A DNA stretch of 64,000 nucleotides from Pelagomonas calceolata (lineage: Eukaryota), in assembly GCA_918797485.1 (NCBI GenBank), contig CAKKNE010000005.1, forward strand, positions 5,208,001-5,272,000. Direction: 5' to 3'. Both the position numbers and the translations under genes were made by a program. Below the pieces are notes generated by a model that worked only from the letters and a program-made list of their open reading frames with translations, was not told the origin of the DNA and made no database searches. This document shows positions 10,075 to 21,275 of the stretch, piece after piece (position 1 is the first letter of the stretch; each line of letters starts with the position of its first letter).

Positions 10075-13000
10075 ATGACCATGCTCGTCACGCCCCCGCT
10101 CCCCGACGCGCTCCCAGGCATCGGCGAGGACACGGGTAATGTGGAGGAGATCCACGCCGCGGTCCTGGCCCAGGCCGAGGCCGGCGACGCCACGGCGCAG
10201 CAGCAGCTAGGTGTGATGTACCACCGGGGCGTGCCGGAGGCGGGCATCGAGCCGGACCATGTGGCGGCCGCGCTCTGGTTCTCCAAGGCCGCGGAAGCTG
10301 GGTTAGCCTCCGCACAATGCAATCTAGGACTGCTCCATCTCCTGGGCCACGGCGTGCCGACCGACGACCGCCTCGCGGCGTCCTGGCTCAGTCGAGCGGC
10401 GGACGCGGGCGTCGCGCCCGCGCAGAACCACTACGGCCGCTTGCTACAAGAAGGTAGGGGCGTGCCCAAGGACCTCACATTAGCCGTCCAGTACTTCCAG
10501 AAGGCCGCGGACCAGGGCGAGGCCGACGCCATGGTCAATTTGGGGGCGGCTTGTTTGGTGGGGCGCGGCATGCAAAAGGACGAGTCAAAAGCGAGAAGCC
10601 TACTGCAGGTCGCCGCGGACCGGGGCGACCAGGACGCCGCCCAGCTGTTGAGTGTGCTGGACTCGCAAGGCGGCGGCGAACTGCAAAAGACGCCCGCGTC
10701 GTCGCCCGAGCCGACGCCGCAAGAATTGGCCGAAAGACGCCGCAAGATCGAATATGCGGAGGCCCAGGCCCAGGCCTTGCTCCGGGAGGAGGCCGAGCTC
10801 GCGGAGAAAGAAAATAACACTCAGAAGCCGAAGAAAAAGAAGAAGAAGAAGGGCAAGACACAAGCGCCGGCCGACGACGCGCCTCCTACGAATCTGAACG
10901 TGCCCATGCGGCCCATGCGGCCGTCGGCCATGCCCGGTGCGGTGCGGCGTCCTATTTCATCTCTCGAGAGCGTGCTGGCGAGGGAGACGTACGCCCACCG
11001 CGACGCCATCGCCGCGACGGCGTGCTGGGGGGGCAGCAGCCCCCGTCACCGCATCGCGGCGGCGGCGTGGGGGAGGGGGCGTCTCGTACGCCATCGACGC
11101 GTCGACGGCGTGCCGGCGGCCGCATTTCTCACCGTGACACCGCGCAGGCCTCCGCCCCGCCGAGAAGACCTCCGCGACAAGAGACGACGACGAGCTCGAC
11201 GACGTGCCCTCAGAAAAAAGGAAGCGGCGGAAGAAGCCCAAGAAGAAGGCGACGGACGAGTCGGCCCTCGCGAAGGCGAAGGCCCTGTCCGAGGAAACCA
11301 AGCCCGTCACGGACGACGCGGTCCGAGACTTGGTCGCGCGCCTCGAGCACGACGACCCTTGTGAAAGACCATTAGGAGCTTCTACTTTTGAATTCGACGT
11401 CGACGTCTTAGCAGAAGCGTCGCGACGAGGCCACGCGCGGGCCATGTACTGGTACGCGCAATTTATGCTCAAGAAGGCCTGCTCGCAGGAGCCGTCGCTC
11501 GGCGCTTCTGCAGAAAAGCTCCAGAGTCTCGGTGTGTCTTGGCTGAAGGCGGCCTGCGAGCAGGGCCACGGGCAAGCCCAGTGCCACCTGGGGTCCATCT
11601 ATTCTTCTGGTTTCAGCGTCCCGCGGCTGCCGGGCGACTTCCGGCCCGTGCCCTATCCTAGAGATGTCGACCAGGCCGAAAAATTATTACATCAAGGTGC
11701 GATCGCAACGGACGACGCCCCGACCATGTGGTGCCTCGCGCGCTTGTTGCTCCAGCGGGCGATCTCGACGAAGAGTGTTGACGACGGCCAGAAGGGCGCG
11801 CTCTGGGCCGAGCGCGCGGGCAAGGCCGGCGTGCCCGACGCGCTGGCGCGCGTCGCTCGTATTTACCTTGGTGGGTCCGATGGAGCCGAGCCGGTGCCGG
11901 GCGTGAAGACTGATTATCAGAAAGCGAAGACCCTCGCCGAGCAGGCTCTGAAAAGTGGCTCCGGCCAGACCGACGCCCTCAAAAAGATCGTGCAGGACGC
12001 GGAACGCGGTTTGGCGTCGTCCTTTTCCTTCGAGCGGCGGACGTCGTCATCAGCAGGAAGCTCGGACTTCGCACCTAGATTTGGAAGTGAGCCGCAGGAA
12101 TCCCTAGCCCAGATCCTCCAGAAACACAAGGCCCAGACCCAGAAGAAGCGGGGCCTGCCCGGGGGGTTGAGCGGCGGTCTCGTCGACGACGACGATCCCG
12201 TCTGTCCGTTGGTCGAGAAGCCCGAGAAGGATCCGCTGCAACTCGTCGAGGATTTCGGAAAGAGCGTCATGCAGCAGGCGAAGCCCCAGACCGCCGACGA
12301 CCGACGACGAGCGAAAATAAGGCAGCGGCGCGAGGAGGCGCGGTCGAAAGCTAGACCGTCCGCCGCCGAACTTAGCAAGAGGGGCGCCGCCGCCGAGGCC
12401 GCGGCCGCCGAACTGCTGGGCGAGCTCGACGCCGCGGACTCGTCGTCGAAGAAGCCGAAGAAGCGGAAGAAGAAGCCCGCGAAAAAAAATGACAAGGCGC
12501 CGCGCGAGGCGCCGCCGCGCGCGCCCGTCGCGCTGCCTTTGGTCGACTCCGACGAGTCCGACGACGAGTCGCTTGAATTACTCCTCGCGCCGCGGCGCGC
12601 GCCGGCGCCCGCGCCGGCGCCCGCGCCGGCGCCCGCGCCCGCGTCGCCGCCGACGCCACCATCAGAAATCCCCGACGCGTCCGACGAGGACGGCGAGTGG
12701 CAGAGCACGACGTCGCGGCGGCGGAAGGCGCGACGGCGGAAGGACAAGGAGGAGGACCTCCCGCCGCTCGAGGACGCGGCGCCGGACGCGCCAGCCGCGG
12801 CGCCGGACGAACCCGCCGCGGCGCCGGCGCCCTCGGAGCCGGAGCCGGCGCCGGCGCCGGCGCCGGCGCCGCCGAAGAAGCAGCTCTCCGCCGACGCGCC
12901 GGCCTTCGTGCCCCCGAGCATGGATGCCGCGGCCGAGCCCGAGGCCGCGGGCGTCGCCGAGTCGAAGGACGACGCGGACGCGGGCGTGTCCGAGTCCAAG

Positions 13001-13201
13001 GGCGACGACGAGGCCGCCGTGGGCTACGAGGAGTCCAAGGGCGGGGAGCCCGAGTACGACGTCGACATGGACGCGGCCTACGCGCTCGAGCTGGATCGCG
13101 CAGAGCACGCGCAGCCGCCGCAGCCGCCGGCCGAGGAGGAGTGGGTCACGTCGACGAGCCGGCGGCGGAAGAAGGGTGGAAAGATGAAGAAGAACGGGTA
13201 A
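10075..13201 (+). CDS. Sel1-like repeat protein with long low-complexity tail; intron 10937-11147
   Basis: AQQQLGVMYHRG, AQCNLGLLHLLG, AMVNLG, AQCHLGSIY repeats; a 211-nt GT..CAG intron joins ORFs 10075 and 11204 in frame (MPG/LRPAEKT). Confidence 0.88.
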
Positions 13202-13303
13202 ACATTGTGGTCACATTACATTGCCTCGCGTCGTCCGTCAGTTGAGGCGTCGCGTCGATGGCGTACGGCGGCTCCCGCCATCGTCCCGGGGTGACGCGTT
13301 CGA

Positions 13304-14866
13304 TCAATAGAACCCCAGCCACGGCGCCCAGAAGTCCAAACACTCGGGCCGCCGCGTGTTTTTTCGCGTAGAAATTTCGTCGTCGAGGCCGAGCACGGCG
13401 GGGGACCGGGGCCACGCCACGCCGTCGGCGGCGTAGTTCGGGTCGCCCGCGTGTGCCAGCGAGCTCCAGTACGCCGCCATGGCCAACGAAAGCGGATCCG
13501 AACCCTTCTCTTGGAACAGCCAAGGCTCATCGGATCCGTGGACGGCGCCGGGTAAGCCCTTTGTCGCCTTCTCAAATTCATAAACCCAGCCGTCTGCCAC
13601 CGCCGAAGCATGGAGCTGCGCCGAGCACGCGTGGCCGGAGTCGGACATGATGCGTGCTAGGGTGCGCCACCGACCCTCCGTCGCGACGCGCGGGGCATAC
13701 CTCGCTACCACGTCGGACCAGGCGATACGGGAGCCCGCGAAGTAGGTCTGCAGCGCGTCGACAAACTCAAAGTGCGTCAGGTTGCGCGGCGGCCCCGCTA
13801 ACGCCGCGGTCGCGGCGCACGACTCGCACGATTGGCCGCCGATAATCACCGCGCCCTGCTGCCAGGCTCCCAAACGGAGCAACGCGAGGGGCGTCTCGAC
13901 GCCGTCGGCGCTCAGCGGGTTGGCCGGGCGGGCTCTCAGCAACGCAGGCGCGAACCGCACGCCCTCTGCGGCGGTAATAATGTCCGCATTCGGCACCTTG
14001 CGCAAACAATTAAAGTCGTCGACGGAACATCTAATGGTGGTCGCGGTGGCCGCTGAGGCCGCGGCGAGGACGCTCGGCGCCACGAAGTCGTCGTCGGGCC
14101 GACTCCCCGGCGCCATCCAGCCCTGGTGGCCGCCCGGCGACTCCATCGCCGCCTGTGTGAAAATCAGACAGTGAGTTACGTTATGAATTATTGTGTGGGG
14201 CGTCCGAAATTTTGATTCCACACAGATTGTTGCGGAAAAGATGAGCCCCGGCGGCGCCGTCGTCAACAAGTGCGCGACCGCTGCACCACCAGCTGACACA
14301 CCGAAGACCATGACGCGTTTCGGGTCGCCGCCGAATGCATCCGCGTTGTCTCTTGCCCATCGCAGCGCAAAGAGGAGATCGTCCAGGCCAAAATTTTGCG
14401 GAGTCGACGCGTTCGCCGCCCAGAAACCCAGGGCTCCGAGGCGGTACTGGATCGATATGATAACCGCCTTGGCGCGCTTCGCCAGGGCCGAGCCGTCGGC
14501 GACGGCCCGGCCCGCGTTCATCGACCCGCCGTGTATTTGCAGCATGATTGGTAGATTCAGATTTCCCGCTGGCGTGAAGACGTTAGCGACCAGACAGTCC
14601 TCGCGGCCAATGACGCCGTGGGCCATCTGCGGGCACGGTTCTGCAGGCGCCGTCGCGTCGCGGATACCGGACCAGGACATGGGCGCGGCGGCGGCGTACC
14701 TCTTGGCCTTTGCGTAGGGGACGCCGTAGAAGGCGGTGACGTTGTCCTTTGTTGTTAGGCCTCGTACTCTGCCGCCGGTGACTTGCGCGATCGGTGCGTC
14801 TCGCCAGCGCCGCATTGACGGATCTATGGCACCGGCCAAGGCGAGAATCACTGCTGTGAGGAGCAT
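13304..14866 (-). CDS. Secreted type-B carboxylesterase; intron 14153-14233
   Basis: Signal peptide; FYGVPYA, EDCL, IHGG, QYRLGALGF, GVSAGG nucleophile, HGSD; splicing gives GLIFSAAMESPG. Confidence 0.92.
   Translation of the reverse strand: MLLTAVILALAGAIDPSMRRWRDAPIAQVTGGRVRGLTTKDNVTAFYGVPYAKAKRYAAAAPMSWSGIRDATAPAEPCPQMAHGVIGREDCLVANVFTPAGNLNLPIMLQIHGGSMNAGRAVADGSALAKRAKAVIISIQYRLGALGFWAANASTPQNFGLDDLLFALRWARDNADAFGGDPKRVMVFGVSAGGAAVAHLLTTAPPGLIFSATICVESKFRTPHTIIHNVTHCLIFTQAAMESPGGHQGWMAPGSRPDDDFVAPSVLAAASAATATTIRCSVDDFNCLRKVPNADIITAAEGVRFAPALLRARPANPLSADGVETPLALLRLGAWQQGAVIIGGQSCESCAATAALAGPPRNLTHFEFVDALQTYFAGSRIAWSDVVARYAPRVATEGRWRTLARIMSDSGHACSAQLHASAVADGWVYEFEKATKGLPGAVHGSDEPWLFQEKGSDPLSLAMAAYWSSLAHAGDPNYAADGVAWPRSPAVLGLDDEISTRKNTRRPECLDFWAPWLGFY
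14153..14233 (-). mobile_element. Introner (TIR element 14153-14225 plus upstream target-site copy), GC-AG intron
   Basis: CTGTGTGGAATCAA...TGATTTTCACACAG; flanks GCAACAAT / GCGGCGAT (decayed 8-bp target-site duplication, TSD); 81 nt, in frame. Confidence 0.85.
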
Positions 14867-15006
14867 GGTGCTAGGGTTTGACTGATCGACGCGCATTGCT
14901 TGCACCGCTGCTCAGGGACTCGCGGGCATGCTGTAGCTATATAATTGAAGCGCCGATACGTGTTGCTTCGATCAATGGCGGCTCTGGGCCCGCATCGGAG
15001 CTTCTT

Positions 15007-15030
15007 GCTAGTGGCTTACAGGCCGCTAGC
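15007..15030 (+). promoter_or_regulatory. CTAG-bracketed upstream element
   Basis: GCTAGTGGCTTACAGGCCGCTAGC. Confidence 0.65.
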
Positions 15031-15072
15031 TCATTATAGAGCCCGCCACGACTCGACGGACTCGACTGGCAA

Positions 15073-16086
15073 ATGAAGCGCCAGCTTATTGTTGTAATTA
15101 CTATCTGTGCGCGCGCCGCAGCGCTCGCGCCGCAGCGTGCACGCATACGTACGCGCTCGGTGGCAAGACCCGCGACAGCATACCTCGCAACACTCTCGGC
15201 ACCGGTCGTCGACGACTCGACGGTCGCCGCGGCCGTAGACGTGACCGCGGCCTATCTCAACTCGCTCGCCGCAGCGCCTGCGAGCCTCAATTCGGCGCGG
15301 CCCGCCATCAACGAGGTGCTCAAATCGAGGGTAGATCCGGTCGCGGACGCGAAACAGAGACTGCTCGCGGCCTGCGACGCGTTCGAGGCGTCGCAGCGCG
15401 CGGCGGCCGCGGCGGCCGAAGCTGCGGCCGCGGCCGCGCCGCCGCCGAAGAAAAGAGGCTTTTTCCGGCGCGGCGATAAAAACGCGCTCAAAGCCGAGAG
15501 CTACGCGTCCGTCGAGACGACGGTGGACGACGCCTCGGCGGCGCAACGCGACGCCGTCGTCGCGGCGCTCGAGGAGCTCGCGCGCCTGAGTCCGCCGACG
15601 AAGGCGCTGGACGGGTGGCGGGGACGCGGCGGCGTCGCGCCGTCGGCCTGTCCGCTCGACGGCCGCTGGAAACTACGGTTCACGAACGCCGCTGACGCGC
15701 GCTTTCGGAGCGACGCGGAGACGAGCCAGCACATCGACGCGGAGAAGGGGCTCTTCGTCAACGCCGTGGACTTCACGGGGTCGTCCGGCAAGCTCCGAGG
15801 CTTCCGCGTGGAGGTCGACGGCGAGGCCTTGAGCGACACGGAGGTGCAGCTAGCGTTTCGGAGAGTGCGCCTCCTGCGGCGGTCGCGGTTCCCGAGGCTC
15901 TTCGGGACGATCACGATCCCGCTGCCGAACCCGGCGCGGCTCCGCAAGCTGACGAAGTGGCTCGCGCGCGGCTCCGGCAACCAGTCCTCCCGCGGCGCCG
16001 GCTTCGAGATCGTCTACATCGACGAGGACGCGCGCGCGCACCGGACCTTCGACGGGCTTTATTTCGTCCAGACGCGCGTTGCATAA
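15073..16086 (+). CDS. PAP/fibrillin-family plastid lipid-associated protein
   Basis: Presequence; LDGRWKLRFT; Q.ID...N.V; FEIVYIDEDARAHRTFDGLYFVQ C-terminus. Confidence 0.85.
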   Translation: MKRQLIVVITICARAAALAPQRARIRTRSVARPATAYLATLSAPVVDDSTVAAAVDVTAAYLNSLAAAPASLNSARPAINEVLKSRVDPVADAKQRLLAACDAFEASQRAAAAAAEAAAAAAPPPKKRGFFRRGDKNALKAESYASVETTVDDASAAQRDAVVAALEELARLSPPTKALDGWRGRGGVAPSACPLDGRWKLRFTNAADARFRSDAETSQHIDAEKGLFVNAVDFTGSSGKLRGFRVEVDGEALSDTEVQLAFRRVRLLRRSRFPRLFGTITIPLPNPARLRKLTKWLARGSGNQSSRGAGFEIVYIDEDARAHRTFDGLYFVQTRVA

Positions 16087-16171
16087 ATGTTTGTGACCAG
16101 ACGGTGACCAATATACTGTTACTTCTTCCGAGTCGTGACAATCGACGCACTGCTTAGAACAAGGGCACATT

Positions 16172-16194
16172 GCTAGTGTCTTACAGGCCGCTAG
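16172..16194 (+). promoter_or_regulatory. CTAG-bracketed upstream element
   Basis: GCTAGTGTCTTACAGGCCGCTAG. Confidence 0.7.
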
Positions 16195-16321
16195 TTCGCC
16201 GCAATAGCTCCGGCAAAAGGTGCCTGCCGCGGCGCTGTGGCTGGCCGACCGGTCTGGGACGCGCATTGATCCTCCCAGCACGCGGCGCACGCGTGCTGCG
16301 CGCTGGACGCTGCCCAGCACC

Positions 16322-17059
16322 ATGCGCCGCACGCTCCTGGTAGCTCTCCTCCTAGGCTGCCGCGGCGACAAGAACGACCTCGGCGTGACGCCGGGCTGCC
16401 CTACGCAATTCGACGACCCCGATCCCATTATCAGAGAAGGCATTCGACGAAGACTGAACGAGCTCGACCTGCCGCCGGACGAGCGCCCGAAGCATCGGTG
16501 GCCGAACCGGACCGAATTCAAGTTTCCGGGCGACGACCCGCCGCTCTGGGACCCCTGGTTCAACATCAATACGACGGAATGGTCCGATTGGTTGGATGGG
16601 AAGAACAAGACTTTTGAGACCGAGACGAAGGGCGCTCTGAAAGATCAAGAGTTCTGCCACTGGGAGAACGAGACCTGCGCCGTGAACCCCGGTATCAAAT
16701 CGAGGATCCAGGCCGACTTTGAGGTGCTGAAGAAGGCGCGCATCAACGTGCCGCGGACGACGGAGCCGACGGCGTGCCGCTTCCGCACCAAAGAAATAGC
16801 AGGCACGCATTACGACGTCATCTACAACATCGACGACTTCACGTGGCGCGTCAAGCTCTTCAAGCCGCTGTTCAAGCATCCCGCCCAGGTCTACGCCTTC
16901 GACGGGCTGCCCTACTGGGAGGTCGACGGGCGCTGGGAGCACGACCGCTCCTTCTCTCCGGACCGGCCCGACGAGTTCATCCACATCAGCAAGTGGAGTT
17001 TAGATCCGTGCGAAAATTGCATCCCCCAAAAAGACTGGCCGGAGAACCGGAGGCCGTAG
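16322..17059 (+). CDS. Secreted hypothetical protein, possibly with a cystatin-like segment
   Basis: MRRTLLVALLLGCRG signal; RTKEIAGTHY loosely resembles the cystatin QVVAGTNY motif. Confidence 0.65.
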   Translation: MRRTLLVALLLGCRGDKNDLGVTPGCPTQFDDPDPIIREGIRRRLNELDLPPDERPKHRWPNRTEFKFPGDDPPLWDPWFNINTTEWSDWLDGKNKTFETETKGALKDQEFCHWENETCAVNPGIKSRIQADFEVLKKARINVPRTTEPTACRFRTKEIAGTHYDVIYNIDDFTWRVKLFKPLFKHPAQVYAFDGLPYWEVDGRWEHDRSFSPDRPDEFIHISKWSLDPCENCIPQKDWPENRRP

Positions 17060-17167
17060 TAAGGCCCTGTTTGTTGTCTTAGCTTCCTCGAGAGAGAGTT
17101 GGAGAACAATTGCGCGCGTCGATGGTGTGCGCCAGCGGCTGAAATGCGGTCGCGCCGCCGAGTGCGC

Positions 17168-17191
17168 GCTAGCGTGCTTTAAGACACTAGC
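17168..17191 (-). promoter_or_regulatory. CTAG-bracketed upstream element
   Basis: GCTAGCGTGCTTTAAGACACTAGC. Confidence 0.65.
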
Positions 17192-17272
17192 AAATTCGTA
17201 TTCGTGTGCGGACGGACGGACGTAGACGACGCACGGAGGCGCACGGGGCTGCATAGAAGCAGGAGAGGCATA

Positions 17273-18484
17273 ATGACAACAACTGATCCGGCGGACGGGG
17301 CAGCCCAGGAATTTTTGGATTGGCTACAAAACCATGGCGCCGACACGAGTCGGCTACGGTGGCCCGTCACCGACGGCAACGGAAGGAAGGCCGTCGCCAC
17401 GCAGGATATAGGGGAAAACGACTACGCGCTGCGCGTGCCCGAGGCACTCATGATGTCGCCGTCCAAAGCTTTGAAGAGTGAGATCGGGGAAGCGTGCGAC
17501 CGGCACGGGCTGCGGGGCGACGTGCTCCTGGCCACATTTGTGGTCTTTGAGCTGCGGAAGGGTTCGAAAAGTTTCTGGGCGCCCTATCTACAAATGCTGC
17601 CGCCACCGGAGACGTGCTGCGACTGGTCCACTGACGAACTGGAAAGGTTGCATGATCCGGAGCTCCAAGAGAGGGCCGAATCTAGGGAAAGATGGGTCCG
17701 CGACTTGTACGATAGGTATTACACCCAAACTCTGATTGTGAGGTACCCTGACTTATTTCCCGCGTCATTCTTCACATATGAAAGATTCCGCTTTGCCTGG
17801 TTCGTGGTCCAATCTCGAGCGTTCGGGAGAAAATTGAGGGAGACGGCTTTAGTGCCATTGGCCGACTGCCTGAACCATTCCCACTCCGTTCAATGCTCCT
17901 ACCGGTTAGTTGATAGGTGCTTCGAGCTCTTCCCCACGCGAGACGGCGAGTACGTCCAAGGTCTTGAATTACTCAATTCCTACGGCCCCTGCCCGAACTC
18001 GAAACTTTTACTGGACTACGGCTTCTCGATCTTGGATAATCCCCACGACACGGTGCGCCTGGGGCTCGAGTTGCGACCTCCTACCGACGACGCGCTCGTC
18101 GACCGGCGGCGGGCGTTGCTTCGACGGGGCAACTGCTCGCCCTACCCGACCTTCCAATTGCGGCGGGGCGAGGCGCCCGTCGACGCGCTGGCCTTTCTGA
18201 GGGTCGCGCTGGCGCCGGCGGACGTGCTTTCCACGAGAGAGGCGCTGCCCGAGGGGGACGACGTCCTCGGCGTCTTGGACGACGAAGAGAAAGTGGTAGC
18301 GTACCTCGACGGTTTATTGGCGACGGTCGGCGACGACTGCGGCCCGCCGCGGGCCGACGACGACGCCGCGCTCGCGGCTTCCCCGGCGCCGCGGGTCGTC
18401 TTCGCGCTGCGCTACCGCGCGACGCGGCGCGCGATCGTCGATTCTTGTAGAGCGGCGCTGCGCAACCTGAGTAGTAGTGTATAA
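17273..18484 (+). CDS. SET-domain lysine methyltransferase (SETD3/Rubisco-LSMT family)
   Basis: GRKAVATQDI, SFWAPYLQMLP, QSRAF, LVPLADCLNH, SYG...N.KLLLDYGF. Confidence 0.92.
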   Translation: MTTTDPADGAAQEFLDWLQNHGADTSRLRWPVTDGNGRKAVATQDIGENDYALRVPEALMMSPSKALKSEIGEACDRHGLRGDVLLATFVVFELRKGSKSFWAPYLQMLPPPETCCDWSTDELERLHDPELQERAESRERWVRDLYDRYYTQTLIVRYPDLFPASFFTYERFRFAWFVVQSRAFGRKLRETALVPLADCLNHSHSVQCSYRLVDRCFELFPTRDGEYVQGLELLNSYGPCPNSKLLLDYGFSILDNPHDTVRLGLELRPPTDDALVDRRRALLRRGNCSPYPTFQLRRGEAPVDALAFLRVALAPADVLSTREALPEGDDVLGVLDDEEKVVAYLDGLLATVGDDCGPPRADDDAALAASPAPRVVFALRYRATRRAIVDSCRAALRNLSSSV

Positions 18485-18876
18485 CTTTTGTTGAATTTTA
18501 GTCTCTGGTTTGTGGCGCGTCGCACCGCCGGCCGTGGGTGGAACTGTCCCGGATCAAACGGTACTCGTCCAAACGGCGCCCGACGCCACGCTGGGGCTGT
18601 GCTGACCGAACGGTACCCGTCGTGCCGACCCTAGCAGCAGCATCTCTAGAGCGGTTGGCGGCCACTCGATTCATCGCGCCCTGCGAAAATTTCAGCGTGC
18701 CTTGACCGCATGCGCGCGGAGGGAAAGGACTGGTTTGTTACATTGCGGCAGCCCTAGGTGCCACGGGACGCAGCCCCGGGCGGCGCCAGCGGAGTTGCCA
18801 GCAGAGCCCCACCAGGAGCACATAGACGACCAGCTGAGCCTAGTGAGCTTGGCGCAACGCCGCCGCGCCCACAACG

Positions 18877-21198
18877 ATGAGGCGCCGCCTCGCCCTGCTC
18901 CTCTTGGTGAAGCATGTCGCGGCCTTCGAGCGCATCGCCTGCCTCGGCGACAGTATTGTGCGAGGCGACACGAAGCACGAGGAGGAAGACGAGTGGGAAG
19001 ATGGGAAGTTCGATCGAGGTAACTACCCGGCCATCCTCGAAGATTTAATTGATGGTTCAACGACGTGTGCCAACTTCGGGGCTTCTGGCGTGTGTGTGGA
19101 CCCCGATGCGAAGTTCTACCTGAACTCAGATAGATTTGACGCGGCGATCGACTTTGATCCGGACCTCGTAGTCATCATGATCGGCGTGAACGACGCGAAG
19201 GAGAAGTTGAATATCGGTGATTATGAAGATGGTTATGAACAAATACTCTCGAAGATGGAGGACAAGATGAAGAACCTGCAGGAAATTTATATTGTCATAC
19301 CCTTTAACATTATTGGTACGTGTTGCGACATCGACATGGAGCGCTACAATGATGAAGTTTCGGTGGCTACCTTGAATTTTTGTTTGAGTCAACAGCCGTC
19401 CTACAAGGGCATTCCCATCACATGTCTGGACATCCGCGACGAATGGAACGCGCGGACGGGGTGTGGTACTTGTGCTCATGATGGAGGCGGGGATGCTTGT
19501 AGTGGATATTCTACGCGAGATGATGACAGTGTGACTGGAACGTGCTGGTCGTACTACGATCCGGATGATGGTATTCATACTGATGATACGGGGTCGCAGT
19601 TGCTAGCCGAACTCATCTACGAGGCACTGCCGAACATGCCCTCGCGCGCGCCGACGCCGTCGCCGCCGCCCTCTTCTCAACCTACGTACGCGCCCGTGCC
19701 GTTCCCTACGCCGCGGCCTACGAAAGTACCAAAACCCCAGCCGACGCGGATGCCGACTGCCGTGCCCTCTCCCGCGCCGGTTTATCAGCCGTCGCCGTCG
19801 CCCTCGGGACGCCCCATCCCGGCGCCGACCGTGACGCCCGGCGAGCCTTCAGCAAAGCCGACGCCGAGCCCGTCACCGGCGCCGTCGCCGCGGCCGACGC
19901 CGCGGCCCTCGCTCCGGCCGACGGGTGCGCCGTCGCCGAAACCTTCACTAAATCCGACGGTCACGCCGGGCAACCCAACGGCCGCGCCGTTCCCGGCGCC
20001 CTCGCTCAAGCCCACCTCTCCAAAGACGACGGCGAGCCCCACTTTTGTGGAGATTGCCACGGGCACGCTGACCCTCCAAGGGATTGATTCCGCTACGGCT
20101 CTCCAGCAGAAGGATGCCATCGCCGCGTCCATCGCGGCGCTCTTCGAGGGCGACCGCGTCTCCGTCACGATCTTGGTGTTAGAAAGGCGACGGCTCCAAG
20201 CGACGGATCAGGCCGTCGTCATATTCACGGTGACGGCGCCGCTCTCCGCGCAAGCCATCTCCACAACATTAACAGAGGCCCAGGCCAGCGGCGCGCTGGA
20301 CGCTAATCTTAAAGCGCAGGGCGTCGACGCCACGGCCGCTTCCGTCGCCATGGACGGCGCCCAGGACGACTCCAAGGACTCGCCTTCAACCGCCGGCGCG
20401 GACATGAACATCGTGCTGGCGATCTGCTTCATCTGCGTCGGGCTGGTGGGCGCGACGGGCGTCCTCATGTACTGGCGGGGGATGAAGCGGAAGCGCGCCG
20501 CGCAACCCTACAAAAACGCCAAGGCGTTGCCGGATGCGTCGTCGCCCTTTAAGAACCCGAAGAGCCCGTCGCCGCGTGATGGGGAAAGAGTCGCTTTACG
20601 TTCTGGTCTGGCGGCGACGGTCGACGTCGAGGGGTTGGACGTCATGGAGACGACGGTGGCCGTGTCCCAATCCACGATCACGACCAGCGACATGGACCAA
20701 CTAGATCAATTGACCGATGCGCTGGAGCCGCCTAACGCGCCGCCGATGTCACCGCAGCAGCGGCCTTTCCACTCGCCTTCCCAGAAGGCCCGCAAACATC
20801 GACCCGCAGAAGCGCCCTCGGAGCTTGAGCTGCCGTCGGGCCGCGACGCGACGCCCATCCCGGTCCGGCGGATCAAGCTCGGGCCGATCGGGCCGCCGCC
20901 GCCGCCGCCACCACCACCACCACCGCCGGAACGGCCCTCGTTGTTGGCCTCAATATCGCAGAAGGCGTCCTTCTTTTTGTTGGGCGAGGCGTCCGAGTCC
21001 TCGTCGGACGCGGCCGAGGTGACGGTGACGTCGTCGCCGCCCGCGCCGCCGCCGCCGCCGTCGACCCCCGGGGGCACGTCCCTCAGCGCCGACACGAAGG
21101 GCCGCTGGGCCTGCCCGAAGTGCGCCATGGTCAACGCCGCGGGGACGGCGCTTTGCGCGTCGTGCGACGAGCCGCGGATCACTGGCTTGGCGCTCTAG
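18877..21198 (+). CDS. Type I membrane protein: SGNH/GDSL hydrolase, PT-rich stalk, transmembrane helix, C-terminal RanBP2-type zinc finger
   Basis: CLGDSI, NFGASG, IGVND, DGIH catalytic blocks; PTP repeats; IVLAICFICVGLVG; WACPKCAMVN...CASC. Confidence 0.88.
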   Translation: MRRRLALLLLVKHVAAFERIACLGDSIVRGDTKHEEEDEWEDGKFDRGNYPAILEDLIDGSTTCANFGASGVCVDPDAKFYLNSDRFDAAIDFDPDLVVIMIGVNDAKEKLNIGDYEDGYEQILSKMEDKMKNLQEIYIVIPFNIIGTCCDIDMERYNDEVSVATLNFCLSQQPSYKGIPITCLDIRDEWNARTGCGTCAHDGGGDACSGYSTRDDDSVTGTCWSYYDPDDGIHTDDTGSQLLAELIYEALPNMPSRAPTPSPPPSSQPTYAPVPFPTPRPTKVPKPQPTRMPTAVPSPAPVYQPSPSPSGRPIPAPTVTPGEPSAKPTPSPSPAPSPRPTPRPSLRPTGAPSPKPSLNPTVTPGNPTAAPFPAPSLKPTSPKTTASPTFVEIATGTLTLQGIDSATALQQKDAIAASIAALFEGDRVSVTILVLERRRLQATDQAVVIFTVTAPLSAQAISTTLTEAQASGALDANLKAQGVDATAASVAMDGAQDDSKDSPSTAGADMNIVLAICFICVGLVGATGVLMYWRGMKRKRAAQPYKNAKALPDASSPFKNPKSPSPRDGERVALRSGLAATVDVEGLDVMETTVAVSQSTITTSDMDQLDQLTDALEPPNAPPMSPQQRPFHSPSQKARKHRPAEAPSELELPSGRDATPIPVRRIKLGPIGPPPPPPPPPPPPERPSLLASISQKASFFLLGEASESSSDAAEVTVTSSPPAPPPPPSTPGGTSLSADTKGRWACPKCAMVNAAGTALCASCDEPRITGLAL

Positions 21199-21275
21199 TC
21201 TTGCTTTTGGGTAATTAGTCACATACATACAATGCCTAGCCTTTCGCGTCTTCTGCCGGTGGCGTCATGAAGCCG

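Noticed and set aside
12595..12875. GCGCCG tandem repeats
   Set aside because: They encode (AP)n linkers within the Sel1 protein; ordinary low complexity
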